64,000 nt of DNA from the NCBI GenBank assembly GCA_043228905.1, contig JBHGNT010000002.1:1984001-2048000 (forward strand), written 5' to 3'. The notes under the pieces were generated by a model. It made no database searches, was not told the DNA's origin, and was given only the letters and a program-made list of their open reading frames with translations. The first letter of the stretch is position 1, and each line of letters starts with the position of its first letter. The position numbers and the translations under genes are program-made. This DNA comes from Azolla caroliniana. Its lineage: Eukaryota; Plantae; Polypodiophyta. Shown here piece after piece: positions 39,834 through 50,710 of the stretch.

Positions 39834-42800
39834 ATGGAAGGCGGCAGCAGCGGGCAGCCGGGGATGATGGTGTTGAATGCGCAGAACTACGCCGACTGGA
39901 AGATAAAGATGGAGGATCTGCTCATTGTTCGGGACCTGTATGAACCGATCGACAGGTCGGAAATACCCAAGGGGGTACTTGAGACGGAATGGAGGCTTCT
40001 GAACCGGAAAGCCGTTGCAACCATTCGGCAATACGTCGACGTGAGCGTTTTACAACACGTGGCGAACGACACCAACGCATATGAGATGTGGCAGAAGCTG
40101 TCGGGCCTCTACGAGAGGAAGAATGCGCTGAACCGGACCTCCCTGATGAGGAAGATAGTGAACCTCAAGTACCGGGACGGCGAGAGTATGGTGGAACACG
40201 TAAGCACGTTCATGGGATTCGTGAACCAGCTTGCGGCGATCAAGTTCCCGTTGGAGGATGCAATGCAAGCCATCATCCTGATGTGTACATTGCCGGAAAG
40301 CTGGGAGAACTTGGTGGTGACTCTCAGCACCTCCTGCACCGAAGATAACTTGTCCCTACAAACGGTAAAGACAAGTATTTTGAACGAAGAAGCGCGTCGG
40401 AGAGATAAAGAACCGGCCTCCGACTCGAAGGCGCTGCTTACCGAATCGGAACGGGGAAGACAACGGAACCGGAGTCCGCAAAGACGGGAGAAGTCGGGGA
40501 CCCGGTCGCAGTCAAGAGGAAGGCCCACATGCTTCCACTGTGGGAAGCCGGGGCACTTCCGGAAGAATTGTCGGCATTACCGAAAAGACAACGGAGCCGA
40601 CGACACCGATTCGAAGAAGTCACCGGAGCGAAACGGTGCATACCGGGGAGCCACGGACCGGAGAGGTCTGGATCGGCGAGGGCAGGACCGGAAAGGAACG
40701 ACGGCACTCGTGGCAAGTGAAGAAGAGATAATGCTCATTACCGAAGAGAGGGAGCTGAACCTTGCCGGTGAAGAGATGACCTGGGTGGTCGATTCCGGAG
40801 CGTCGTTCCACCTGACCCCGGAGAAGAAATACTTCTCATCCTACACAGCCGGTGAGCACGGCTGTGTCCGGATGGGAAATGAAGGTACATGCCGGATTGC
40901 CGGCATAGGAGACGTGTGGCTGATGACATCAACCGGATGCAAGATGCTGCTGAAGGATGTTCGACACGTTCTGGAGGTTCGATTGAACCTGATTTCGGCC
41001 GGGAGGCTAGACGATGAAGGCTACACAGGTAGCATCCGGAACGGTGTCATGAAGTTCAGCAAAGGGAGCCTGATAGTGGCTCGGGCCCGGAAGGTCAACA
41101 CACTGTACCTGATGAATTCCCGGCTATGTCCGGAGGATCTGAACGTGGCAGCTGACACTGCCGGTGAGCTGTGGCACAAGAGACTGTGCCACATGAGTGA
41201 GAAGGGGATGAAGAGGCTTGCAGAAGACAACCTTATTCCAGTGAAGCATGTGCACCTGGAGAAGTGCACCGATTGCCTAACCGGTAAGCAGAACCGAACC
41301 TCCTTCCACTCAAGGCCACCGACGAGACGTAGCGCACCATTGGAGTTGGTGCACACTGACGTGTGTCAAGTAGAAACAAAGTCACATGGCGGAGCCCAGT
41401 ACTTCGTGACATTCATTGATGACCACAGCCGGAAGCTGTGGACGGCACCGTTGAAGACAAAGGACCAAGTGTTGTGCGTCTTCAAAGAACTCCACGCGAG
41501 AGTGGAAAGGGAATCCGGCAAGAAGCTGAAAGCGATACGAGCGGATAACGGAGGGGAATACCGGGGGCAGTTCAAGGAGTACTGTCGCTCGAAGGGAATC
41601 CGGCTCGAGTTTACTGTGCCGAAGACGCCGGAACTGAACGGGCTGGCCGAGAGGATGAACCGGACCATAATGGAGAGGGTCCGGAGTATGCTGGCGCATG
41701 CGAAATTACCCAAGGGGTTTTGGGCTGAGGCAATGTCGACGGCGACATACGTGATAAACAGATCACCCTCAGTACCTTTGGACGGAGACACGCCGCAGAG
41801 AGTGTGGACCGGTAGGGAAGTATCCTACCGGCATCTGAAGGTGTTCGGGTGTCTCGCATATGTGCATGTGGCAAAGGACCGGAGAGGAAAGCTAGATCCA
41901 AAGACCCGGCCATGCATATTCCTCGGTTACGGCGACGACGAGTTCGGCTACCGAGTATGGGACCCGGTCGACAAGAAGATATTCAGGAGTCGTGATATCA
42001 TCTTCATGGAGGACAAGACACTCGCCGACTGGGAGTCGGAGAAGAAGATGAAGAGCTCCAAGTCGACCGGTGAGGATCAACTCTACGAGGAGCAGTCCCG
42101 ACCGGCAAGGGACCGGTTAGCACTCGAGGATCCGGCCGAAGACGGTGAAGAAACAGAACCGGCCGAGGAAGATGAAACTGATACCGGAACCGGCCCCGAT
42201 CCCGAAATGGATTCGGATGAAGAGGAAACGGAAGAGCCGGTTACCGAAGCTCCGGAACGGAGATATCCTCTGAGAGAGAGAAGGGCCCCCCGGAGATTTC
42301 CGGAACCAGAGCACGTGCTGCTAACCGACGAGGGGGAGCCGGAGAGTTTTGAAGAAGCAAAGCTTGACACCCATAGCCGCAGGTGGTTAAGTGCCATGCA
42401 GGAGGAGATGGATTCCCTGCATGAGAACCACACATACGAACTTGTGGAGTTGCCGAAAGGAAAGCGGGCACTTCGGAACAAGTGGGTGTTCAAGCTGAAA
42501 CCGGGAGATGCCGGAAACCCCCCGAGATACAAAGCCAGGATCGTGGTGAAGGGGTTCCAGCAGAAGAAGGGCGTCGACTTCGACGAGATATTTGCCCCGG
42601 TAGTGAAGATGACCTCCATTCGGACGGTGTTGAGCATAGCGGCAAGCATGGACCTCGAGGTAGAACAGATGGACGTGAAGACGGCATTCCTTCACGGTGA
42701 CCTCGAAGAAGAGATCTACATGCAGCAACCGGAAGGATTCGAGAAGAAAGGGAAGGAGCACCTGGTATGCCGGTTGAAGAAGAGCCTTTACGGACTGAAG

Positions 42801-43907
42801 CAGGCTCCCCGGCAATGGTACCGGAAGTTCGACTCTTTCATGACCGACGAAGGGTACCACAAAACGCAGTCCGATCACTGCGTGTTTGTGAAGAAGTTCG
42901 AAGGAGGAGACTTTCTAATACTCCTCCTGTACGTAGACGACATGTTGATCGTCGGACGGGACCAGGTCAAGATACGGATGCTGAAGAAAGCGCTTCACCG
43001 AACCTTCTCAATGAAGGACCTGGGTCCGGCGAGGCAAATACTAGGGATGCACATCATCCGGGACCGGAAGGAGAAGCAGTTGTGGCTGTCACAGGAGAAG
43101 TACGTGACAAAGGTGCTTCACCGGTTCAACATGTCGGAAGCAAGACCGGTCGGGTCAACCCTCCCGGCAAACTGCAAGTTGTCCAGCAAGCAAAGCCCCA
43201 AGACAAAGGCTGAGAAGGAGGACATGATGAAAGTACCATATGCCTCTGCCGTCGGAAGCTTGATGTACGCAATGGTGTGTACAAGACCGGACATAGGATA
43301 TGCAGTCGGAGTGGTGAGCCGGTACATGAGCAATCCCGGCAAAGAGCACTGGAACGCGGCCAAGTGGATACTCCGATACCTGAAGGGCACGACAAACGTG
43401 TGCCTCCGATTCGGTTCCGGTAAGCCCGAACTCGACGGCTTTACCAATTCGGATATGTCGGCTGATGCAGATACCAGCCGGTCCACATCAGGGTATGTGA
43501 TGACGTATGCAGGGGGAGCTGTTTCGTGGCAGTCGAGGCTGCAGAAGACGGTTGCGTTGTCAACCACGGAGGCGGAGTACATGGCGGCTGTTGAAGCCGG
43601 CAAGGAAATAATATGGATGAAGGACTTCATTAGAGAGCTCGGTATCCGGCAAGAGGAGTACCGACTCCACTGCGACAGTCAGAGTGCCATCCACCTTGCG
43701 AAGAACGCGGCCTATCACTCCCGGACGAAGCACATCCAACGAAGATATCACTGGATCCGGGAAAGGATAGAAGACCAGGAGTTCGTGTTGACGAAGATCC
43801 ACACGGAAGAGAACGGGTCAGATATGCTGACCAAAGTGCTCACACCCGACAAGCTGGAAGCTTGCCGGAAGAGGGTCGGACTGGAAAGACATCCCATGCC
43901 GAAGTGA
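39834..43907 (+). CDS. Copia Gag-Pol polyprotein (gag, CCHC knuckle, protease, integrase, RT, RNase H)
   Basis: Single open frame from ATG 39834 after the PBS. Motifs: CFHCGKPGHFRKNC, WVVDSGAS, LWHKRLCH, DVC/DNGGE/ER integrase, QMDVKTAFLHG, LYVDDML, STTEAEY and KHIQRRYH. Confidence 0.95.
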   Translation: MEGGSSGQPGMMVLNAQNYADWKIKMEDLLIVRDLYEPIDRSEIPKGVLETEWRLLNRKAVATIRQYVDVSVLQHVANDTNAYEMWQKLSGLYERKNALNRTSLMRKIVNLKYRDGESMVEHVSTFMGFVNQLAAIKFPLEDAMQAIILMCTLPESWENLVVTLSTSCTEDNLSLQTVKTSILNEEARRRDKEPASDSKALLTESERGRQRNRSPQRREKSGTRSQSRGRPTCFHCGKPGHFRKNCRHYRKDNGADDTDSKKSPERNGAYRGATDRRGLDRRGQDRKGTTALVASEEEIMLITEERELNLAGEEMTWVVDSGASFHLTPEKKYFSSYTAGEHGCVRMGNEGTCRIAGIGDVWLMTSTGCKMLLKDVRHVLEVRLNLISAGRLDDEGYTGSIRNGVMKFSKGSLIVARARKVNTLYLMNSRLCPEDLNVAADTAGELWHKRLCHMSEKGMKRLAEDNLIPVKHVHLEKCTDCLTGKQNRTSFHSRPPTRRSAPLELVHTDVCQVETKSHGGAQYFVTFIDDHSRKLWTAPLKTKDQVLCVFKELHARVERESGKKLKAIRADNGGEYRGQFKEYCRSKGIRLEFTVPKTPELNGLAERMNRTIMERVRSMLAHAKLPKGFWAEAMSTATYVINRSPSVPLDGDTPQRVWTGREVSYRHLKVFGCLAYVHVAKDRRGKLDPKTRPCIFLGYGDDEFGYRVWDPVDKKIFRSRDIIFMEDKTLADWESEKKMKSSKSTGEDQLYEEQSRPARDRLALEDPAEDGEETEPAEEDETDTGTGPDPEMDSDEEETEEPVTEAPERRYPLRERRAPRRFPEPEHVLLTDEGEPESFEEAKLDTHSRRWLSAMQEEMDSLHENHTYELVELPKGKRALRNKWVFKLKPGDAGNPPRYKARIVVKGFQQKKGVDFDEIFAPVVKMTSIRTVLSIAASMDLEVEQMDVKTAFLHGDLEEEIYMQQPEGFEKKGKEHLVCRLKKSLYGLKQAPRQWYRKFDSFMTDEGYHKTQSDHCVFVKKFEGGDFLILLLYVDDMLIVGRDQVKIRMLKKALHRTFSMKDLGPARQILGMHIIRDRKEKQLWLSQEKYVTKVLHRFNMSEARPVGSTLPANCKLSSKQSPKTKAEKEDMMKVPYASAVGSLMYAMVCTRPDIGYAVGVVSRYMSNPGKEHWNAAKWILRYLKGTTNVCLRFGSGKPELDGFTNSDMSADADTSRSTSGYVMTYAGGAVSWQSRLQKTVALSTTEAEYMAAVEAGKEIIWMKDFIRELGIRQEEYRLHCDSQSAIHLAKNAAYHSRTKHIQRRYHWIRERIEDQEFVLTKIHTEENGSDMLTKVLTPDKLEACRKRVGLERHPMPK

Positions 43908-43972
43908 AGGGGGAGTTTGTTGGGATTACGGTCCCTCCGGATGGGATGGTCGGATGTCCGGGAATCGGGAAT

Positions 43973-44196
43973 GAAGACCCCGGCTACGGAGCCGGATGAT
44001 GAAGACCCAGGTTACGGAGCCGGATGATGAAGACCCCGGCTACGGAGCCGGATGATGAAGACCCCGGCTACGGAGCCGGATGATGAAGACCCCGGCTACG
44101 GAACCGGATGATGAAGACCTCGGCTACGGAGCCGGATGATGAAGACCCCGGTTACGAAGCCGGATGATGAAGACCCCGGCTACGGAGCCGGATGAC
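43973..44196 (+). repeat. 28-bp tandem array in the U3 of the Copia C 3' LTR, 8 units
   Basis: The same unit starts at 43973 and then every 28 bp through 44169. Confidence 0.95.
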
Positions 44197-44377
44197 GAAT
44201 GTACCCGGAGAGAGATCCGGATGCGGGGACATATTTGTGAATATGTTTGCCAAGGGCCCTTGAGGCTATATTTGTAAATAGCCCGAAAGTCATATGTGTA
44301 TAGATATGACTTAGGGCAAACAGTTTTATGTTGTTGCTCCTTTTTATGTTTTCACTTAGAGGGAGTGAAGAGAGCAG

Positions 44378-44408
<31 letters not shown>

Positions 44409-45249
44409 GAAGAGGTCGCTGCCTTTGTGTATTACCGCCGCCTGTGGCGATGATAGTGAGCTCAAGGTTGTTGCCTTGTAGCTTCACCATTGTACATCTC
44501 TGTTTGTAGTGCTAGTTGGAGTTTGAGGACTCCCGTGGTTTTTCCCATTTAGGGTTTTCCACGTAAAACATCCAGTGTACCCTTCTCTCTATTGTCTTCA
44601 TGCATTTTGTATTTCCTGTTTTCTGTGAGTTAATCCTATTCAACGGTTGTGGCCGAGCACCGTGTTCAACACAATATGCACACACACACACCCTCTCTCT
44701 TTCGCTCTCGCTCTCACTCTCACTCTATCTTCTACCCACGAGTCACGACAGTTTGAACCGAATGAGTTGAAACGAATGTATAGATAGTTATTTATAGGTC
44801 TTTATGGAGTAATCTAGAATGTTCTAGAATATTTTAGATTTTATGATAAGAAATGTAATCATGAAATATTAAAGGATGTTCTAGAATAATCTAGAATGTT
44901 CTAGAATATTCTAATATCTTGTAATAACTAGAAACATAATTATTATAATCACACAACATATATGTTATTACAATGGTTAAGGGTTCAACACATAGACCAA
45001 GAAGTCGTGGGTTCGATTCTTGATAACCAAAATGTTGTCTTCATGACATCTGGTCGATATTCTTGTGTCATCCTTATGGCATGGACGACCCATACACCTC
45101 AGTAAGGCCGACATAACGCACTTATCCAGAGCCGGATATATTCTCCTTCTTCGACCATCCGTTTTGTGAGCATTGCCAGTATGGCAAGCAAGCCACGGCC
45201 TAACACTCAACGACAACACCAAGAGAATCAAGCCCGCTCGATCTGGTCC

Positions 45250-45310
45250 TGTAAAGAATGAGATTCGTGGGTGGTGCAACGGAAGTGACTGTGTATGTGT
45301 GAGTGCAGTA

Positions 45311-45363
<53 letters not shown>

Positions 45364-45510
45364 CTAAACAAGAAAAGTGTATATTACATCCAACAGTTAC
45401 TCAGTTACAAAAGTTTGGTTTAAATACCAACTAGTTTGGGGCAACTACCCTTTCAACTAATTACAAATCTATCCTAGTAAGTTGTCTACTGATTAGTGTG
45501 AACAGTGTCC
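45250..45510. mobile_element. LTR-like fragment that truncates Copia A
   Basis: Begins with TGTAAAG exactly where the Copia A integrase (PLDLV) stops and contains a (GA)n tract. No partner LTR was found. Confidence 0.45.
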
Positions 45511-45519
45511 CTATGGGAA

Positions 45520-46430
45520 GTTGAGAAGGTTGTTTGATTTATGAGCCCCTGGAAAGCATTCATGTGCTCTGCCATGCTGGATCCGTCTTGGTATCGTAGT
45601 CTCACTAACTTTTGGCATACCGAAACCTGATTTACGATTTTCTCCTAGAGCTCATTTTCCTTGTTCTCTTCATTGAATTTATTGTACAAGCTCATGTCGA
45701 TGAAGGATCTTATGTATGTCGTCGTCTTCATATGCATCACCTCCCAGGTCGCGGCATCGATCTTGTCCGGCTTCTTGTCTCCAAACTGTACTGACAACCA
45801 GAGATCTTTAACCACTAGCATGTCCCTCATCTTCGACTTCCACTGGGTAGTTGGAGCCGGTGTGCTTGAACATGCTACCAAATGATTCTTCCATTTTTCT
45901 TTCTTTGTTTGAGTTTACAACTTCGCTCTGATACCAGTTTGAGAGGAATATAGTTCGACTATAACTGATTCTTAAACACTTAATGGAAGAGAAACAGAAC
46001 AGAAATAAGACAGACACAAGGTGTTAACGTGGAAAACCCTAAATGGGAAAAATCATGGGAGCCCACAGACTCCAGCCATCACTATGAGAGGAAGGATACA
46101 ATGCGAGACTCAGAGGCAACGACCTCGAGCTCTATGACTTTGCCAACCGACGGTTACAACAGAAGATACTTTATGTTTCTCTCTCGCTCTCTCGCTCTCT
46201 CTATCTCATTGTACAACATAATGATAACAACCAACTTCTACACAAAGTGATTGCCCTAAGTCATATTTATACTTATATGACTTGAGGACTATTTACAAAT
46301 ATGGCCATGACAGGCACACTAGAAACATATTTACAAATATGTCCCTGGATCCGGTTCACACCGAATCCATCCGAATACCTTCCGGATCCGTCGCATCCAG
46401 ATCCCATCCGAAGGGGCCGAATTTCTAACA
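45520..46430 (-). mobile_element. Truncated Copia D: 5' LTR ~45940-46430, PBS 45925-45936 and decayed gag; related to Copia C
   Basis: The minus-strand LTR start TGTTAGAAATTCGGCCCCTTCGGATGGG resembles the Copia C start TGTTGGGATTACGGTCCCTCCGGATGGG. TGGTATCAGAGC PBS; gag WKSKMRDMLVVKDLW. Confidence 0.8.
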
Positions 46431-48130
46431 CTCTTGTGGTCCACTAATCCTTGTCGTAATCAGACTTTCTTTGAACATGTGTCCAAGTTGAAATTCGTCT
46501 TCTATCTCTCGTTTAGCCGATTCCGGGTCGACTGGAGTCGAAATCGGAATCGTCTCTGGGTCATACCAGGATGCCGACTCGTCGATGACGTCTCGACTTA
46601 CTCAAACTTTTCGGGTAGATGGGTTGTAGCATTTCCAACACTCTCGTGGTCCACTAATCCTTGTCATAATCGAACTTTCTTCGAACATGTGTCCAAGTCG
46701 AAATTCGTCTTCTATCTCTCATTTAACCGATTCCGGGTCGATTGGAGTCGAAATTGGAATCGTCTCTGGGTCGTACCAAGATGTCGACTCGTCGAAAATG
46801 ACGTCTCGACTTACTCAAACTTTTCGGGTAGATGGTTTGTAGCATTTCTACCCCTTCTGTTCGAGCGAGTACCCTATGAGGATACATTTCTCTAACTTTG
46901 GGTCGAGCTTTTGTCGCGTCTCGTCGGGAATATGCACGTAGGCGATTGATCCGAAAATCCGGACCTGTGATAATTCGACTTCTTTCCAAAAAAACTCTCA
47001 TGAGGGGTTACATCGTGTACCCTAGAGGTTGTACACCTGTTCTTGAGATATACAACCATGTTCACCACTTCCGCCCAATACGATTTCGGTGGGTTCTTCT
47101 CATTCATCATTGCCCGTGCAACCTCTACTATGTGCCGATTCTTCTGTTCGGCTACACCATTTTGCTGAGGTGTATGTCGACACGAGAATTCTCGTCGAAT
47201 TCCTTCCTTTCGGAGATACGACGTAAATTCGTCTAAGAAATACTCATTGCCTCCATCTGATCGAAGGCATCATACGTGCCGACCCGTCGCTTTTTTGACT
47301 TCATTTTTAAACTTTTGGAAGTGTCTGAACACTTCCCTCTTCTGTCGGGTAGATCCAGGTGTGCGTGGAGAAGTCGTCGATGAACATGACATAGTAGCGG
47401 CAACCTCCGAATGTTGTCGTTTCGGCTTGTCCCCACACATCTAAATGTACTACATCAAGGATCCCTTTACTCACATTTCGTTCTTTTGGGAATGGATGTC
47501 GGTGTTTTTTTCCGAATTGGCACGCCTCGCATATGCCCATAATCTCTTTATCGGTAAATGTCGGGAGTCTGATTATGACTCCTTTTGGCTGCATGTTCTA
47601 GAGCTTTTGGAGATTGATGTGGTCGATTCTCTTGTGCCACAGTTTCAAGTCTGTTTCGACTTTGAGGCCTTTTGCAAACATAGCCGATTTCACCTCCTCT
47701 AATTTGAGGATGAAAATTCGGCCTTCTCGGCGACCGTGAGCTATGAGTCAAGCATCTCTTTTGATGAAGCACCCTTCGTTGTTGAATCGTACTTGCATAC
47801 CTTATTCGTCAATCTGGCCTACCGAGACCAGGTTTTTCGTGATGGTTGGAACATGCAAGACGTTCTTGAGGTAGGTTTGTTTGCCATCATTTCCGACATG
47901 CCGAATTGGGCGAGTCGTATCATCTCCGGTTTCGACATAGTTGGGTCGATCAGGCTTTCGTAATTCACGGAACCAATCTTCATGGGACGTCATGTGATTG
48001 GATGCTCTTGAGTCAACAAACCATACGTTGTCTGAAGAAGAGGTGTTAGTCGGGGCCTGTGTCGACATCGAATGTGCTTCACGGCTATTTACGAACATCC
48101 CGCCACGATCATTGTAGTCAGAATTCAAAG
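46431..48130 (-). pseudogene. Decayed Copia E pol fragment (protease and integrase) with a ~207 bp tandem duplication at 46421-46850
   Basis: Motifs WFVDSRASNHMT, LHVPTITKNLVSV, CEACQFGK, VHLDVWG, FIDDFS and YWAEVVN, with several frameshifts. Confidence 0.82.
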
Positions 48131-48445
48131 GTTAGTTCATGAGTTGTTGGTTGGTTGAGGCCAACTCTCACTTCTTCTTTCGGCACACCTCTTCGTTGTT
48201 GGCCAGAGTGAGGAGGACAAGTGGGGGACGAGTCGAGAACGGATATTAGTATTAGTTGTTAATGAGCTATAATTATAATAAGAACAAACGGAAAAAAAAA
48301 AAAAAACTGAGACTATTCGAGATTTTGAACGGCCACAATGAAAAGGTGTGACGTCAACCCATTTAAAGTGCACCACATAGAGTCATAATGCTATTATTGT
48401 ACAAGACATGCATGTGCAGGAATATAAAAGAGGCGGCGGCGAAAG

Positions 48446-50367
48446 ATGGGGGCACAAAACTTCCGGACGAACGAAGGAGTCTCATTTCACGAACACAAGA
48501 TCTTTAGAATGCAACATAGCACACAGGCTTCCGGACGAGCACATGCGATCAACCAAGCCCAAGCCCACAACCACAGTAGAGAAGTCGAAGACGAAGATAC
48601 AGGACCAATGGCACTCTCAATCGTGACCAGAGACTGGCTTAGCAAGCACGGCTTGGAAGGATTCCTCGGGGTAGCGGATGCATCATCACACGAAGAACCG
48701 GACAAGGTCACATCAACAATCGACCTCGAAGAAATTTCCAAATGCACGATGCAAGCTCTCGTCTGATTGCTTGCCAGAGCCCCGGTCGCATCAACAACAA
48801 TTGTACCGAACACAGGGCGGCGAGTATCCCATGTTCAGGGAGGTGGGTCGCATTTTATTGGAATATGGATTCATGCATCCCCGATCACCAACCATGCCAA
48901 AAAACAGGGCCGAATCCGGTGATTGTGGCCGACTCTTTACGGACAGGCATCACATCCGTAGTGGATGGGAAGAAAGCTTCGTGCGGGTTAGCACAGTGCC
49001 TAACATTATTAGTACCCCCAACACGTGCCATCAAGCCGAAGAAGCGAGCCCAACCGGAAATCACACCGAATAAATCATCCAAATGGCAACAACTGTTATC
49101 AAAGCACACCCCCAGATGGACGACATGGGACTCGTCTCAACAGGAAGAAGTACAAACGACTTGGAGAGAGGAGCAGATGGAGCCAGTACTAGAGAAAACG
49201 GCCAAACCAATTAAAATCAAGTTGTACCGGCATGATAGGGACACAAATGACCTGATTCGGAGGGTTAACTAGGAAACCACGAAGGAAGAGGCTGAAGAAG
49301 AACCAACCAAAACCCTCCAGCGTCGCCCAAGGAAGTGCGACAATGAGCAGCAAGGGGAAGGATCGGGTCCAGGGCCAGACAGTACCCCGAAGACCCGCTC
49401 AATGGTGGTGGAACCCAGGATGGAGGAAGAGTCATTAAGAAGACTAGAAGCGGTGACAATGGTTCAACAAGAACCGGTTACAGAATGACTCACCTCACTG
49501 GGTCTTCAAGCGTAGCAACACGAGGAACACCGTCCAGAGCGGACACCGGAAGAAGAACCATTGACCCAATGGCTCAGGGAGGAGCACGATCGGAGACCGA
49601 AGCTAGTGCAACAATTTGCTGCCCTAACACAACGTGGAACCTACCGCAAGTGGTTAAAGTGGCTCAGAGAGCAAGTATCCGGTGTGGTTGACCGGATGGA
49701 TGACAAACAATAACAAACTTGAGATCTAGCGGAACGGTTGCTAGCCACAACCGAAGAACTAGAGAAGGCCCGGGCACAGATCTGGAGCCTGGAAGAAGAA
49801 CTGAAGAGGGCTAAAGAATTTATGACCATCATGGTTAGTATGGGCCAGAGCACAAGTGAAGCAACGGAGCCGATGCCACCTGCTAACCTACAAAAGGAAG
49901 CTCCGAAAACGGATGCACAACCGGAGGCCAGCAAATCCCCAGAGAAAGACGCGGAGCGGGAACGGGAAATGCTAACACTAAGGGAGGAACTAGCCGCTCA
50001 AGAAGCATTAAGAGAAAGAGAAAGGGAACCGAAGAAAACAACCGACGAAGAAAGACGGAGAATGGAAGAAAGTGTCCAGAAGAGTCATTTGAACAACGAC
50101 CGACTGAAGGAGGAAAGAGAAAATATGATGCAGGAAAAAGACAAGCTCCTTGATGAAGCAGAAATGCAAAGAACAACCAAACACCCTCTGATGTCGGGCT
50201 TCAAAGCAACTCGACGTGGAGTAGAAACAATTAAGAAGATAAGGGAACGTGAGCTACGCCACCTAGCAACTATGGTTGCAGTATCTTTTACATTGGGACC
50301 ACGGGCCACCTCCACATCAAAACCCTTTGACCTCTCGCTTCTTTTCAAGAGACTTGGATGGATATGA
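48446..50367 (+). other. Decayed coding-like region ending in a coiled-coil-rich ORF (49738-50367); probably TE-associated
   Basis: Overlapping broken ORFs on the + strand with E/K/R-rich heptad-like sequence, lying between retroelement fragments. No domain recognised. Confidence 0.35.
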
Positions 50368-50710
50368 AACTAGGCCTAGTATAAAGTCATTTCCTTATGG
50401 AACATGTTTTTTATTTTTTGCTAGAACTCTTTAGCTTAAGTTCTATTTATTTTTATTTTTACTTTCGATGAATGGGTAAATACCCCATTTGTATTGTAAA
50501 CCAATTGTCTCATGGGCCAATTTTGGTCTTAGAAGATGTTAATATATCTTTCTTTCTTTCTCTTGTCCCAACCGTGTTTGAGCTTGTTACAAAAACCCCA
50601 TGTTTTAGGTTTCCAACACCCAATGCAATTGGCAATGAAATGACCTCATCTTCTATGTTTGTTTGTTTAGTTGCATAGGTCTCTTTTAATTGTTGTATTC
50701 CATAACATAC

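Larger units (their letters stand above)
39103..44671 (+). mobile_element. Young full-length Ty1/Copia element C. 5' LTR 39103-39802, PBS(Met) 39806-39817, PPT ~43905-43915, 3' LTR 43918-44671, TSD CAATA
   Basis: Near-identical TGTTGG...TTCAACA LTRs, TGGTATCAGAGC PBS, GAAGGGGGAG PPT, and CAATA at 39098-39102 and 44672-44676. Confidence 0.97.
35448..45048 (-). mobile_element. Ty3/Gypsy chromovirus B (Tcn1-like). 3' LTR 35448-35934, rearranged 5' LTR 44677-45048, TSD TCTGG
   Basis: TGTCGTG...CATGACA LTR and PPT at 35935-35948. TCTGG lies at 35443-35447 and 45049-45053. 44751-45048 is near-identical to ~35638-35934. Confidence 0.9.
30600..45249 (+). mobile_element. Old Ty1/Copia element A, fragmented by nested insertions. 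LTR ~30600-30946, PBS 30949-30960, gag/protease pieces 31795-32277 and 34413-35447, pre-integrase piece 45049-45249
   Basis: TG...CCAACA LTR followed by a PBS-like TGATATCAGAGC. Gag KFDGSNFNFWKEQMQDYL, zinc knuckle CNYCKKPGH, decayed protease, then LWHGR...FCEHCQYGKQ resuming after the TSD. It has many stops and frameshifts, and no 3' LTR was seen. Confidence 0.8.

Noticed and set aside
39887-43802. Many antisense and alternate-frame ORFs in Copia C, and similarly in Gypsy G
   Set aside because: Shadow ORFs expected in GC-rich coding sequence; no motifs.
39158-44196. 28-bp repeat arrays as a CRISPR array
   Set aside because: The units are contiguous with no spacers, lie inside Copia LTRs of a plant genome, and there are no cas genes.
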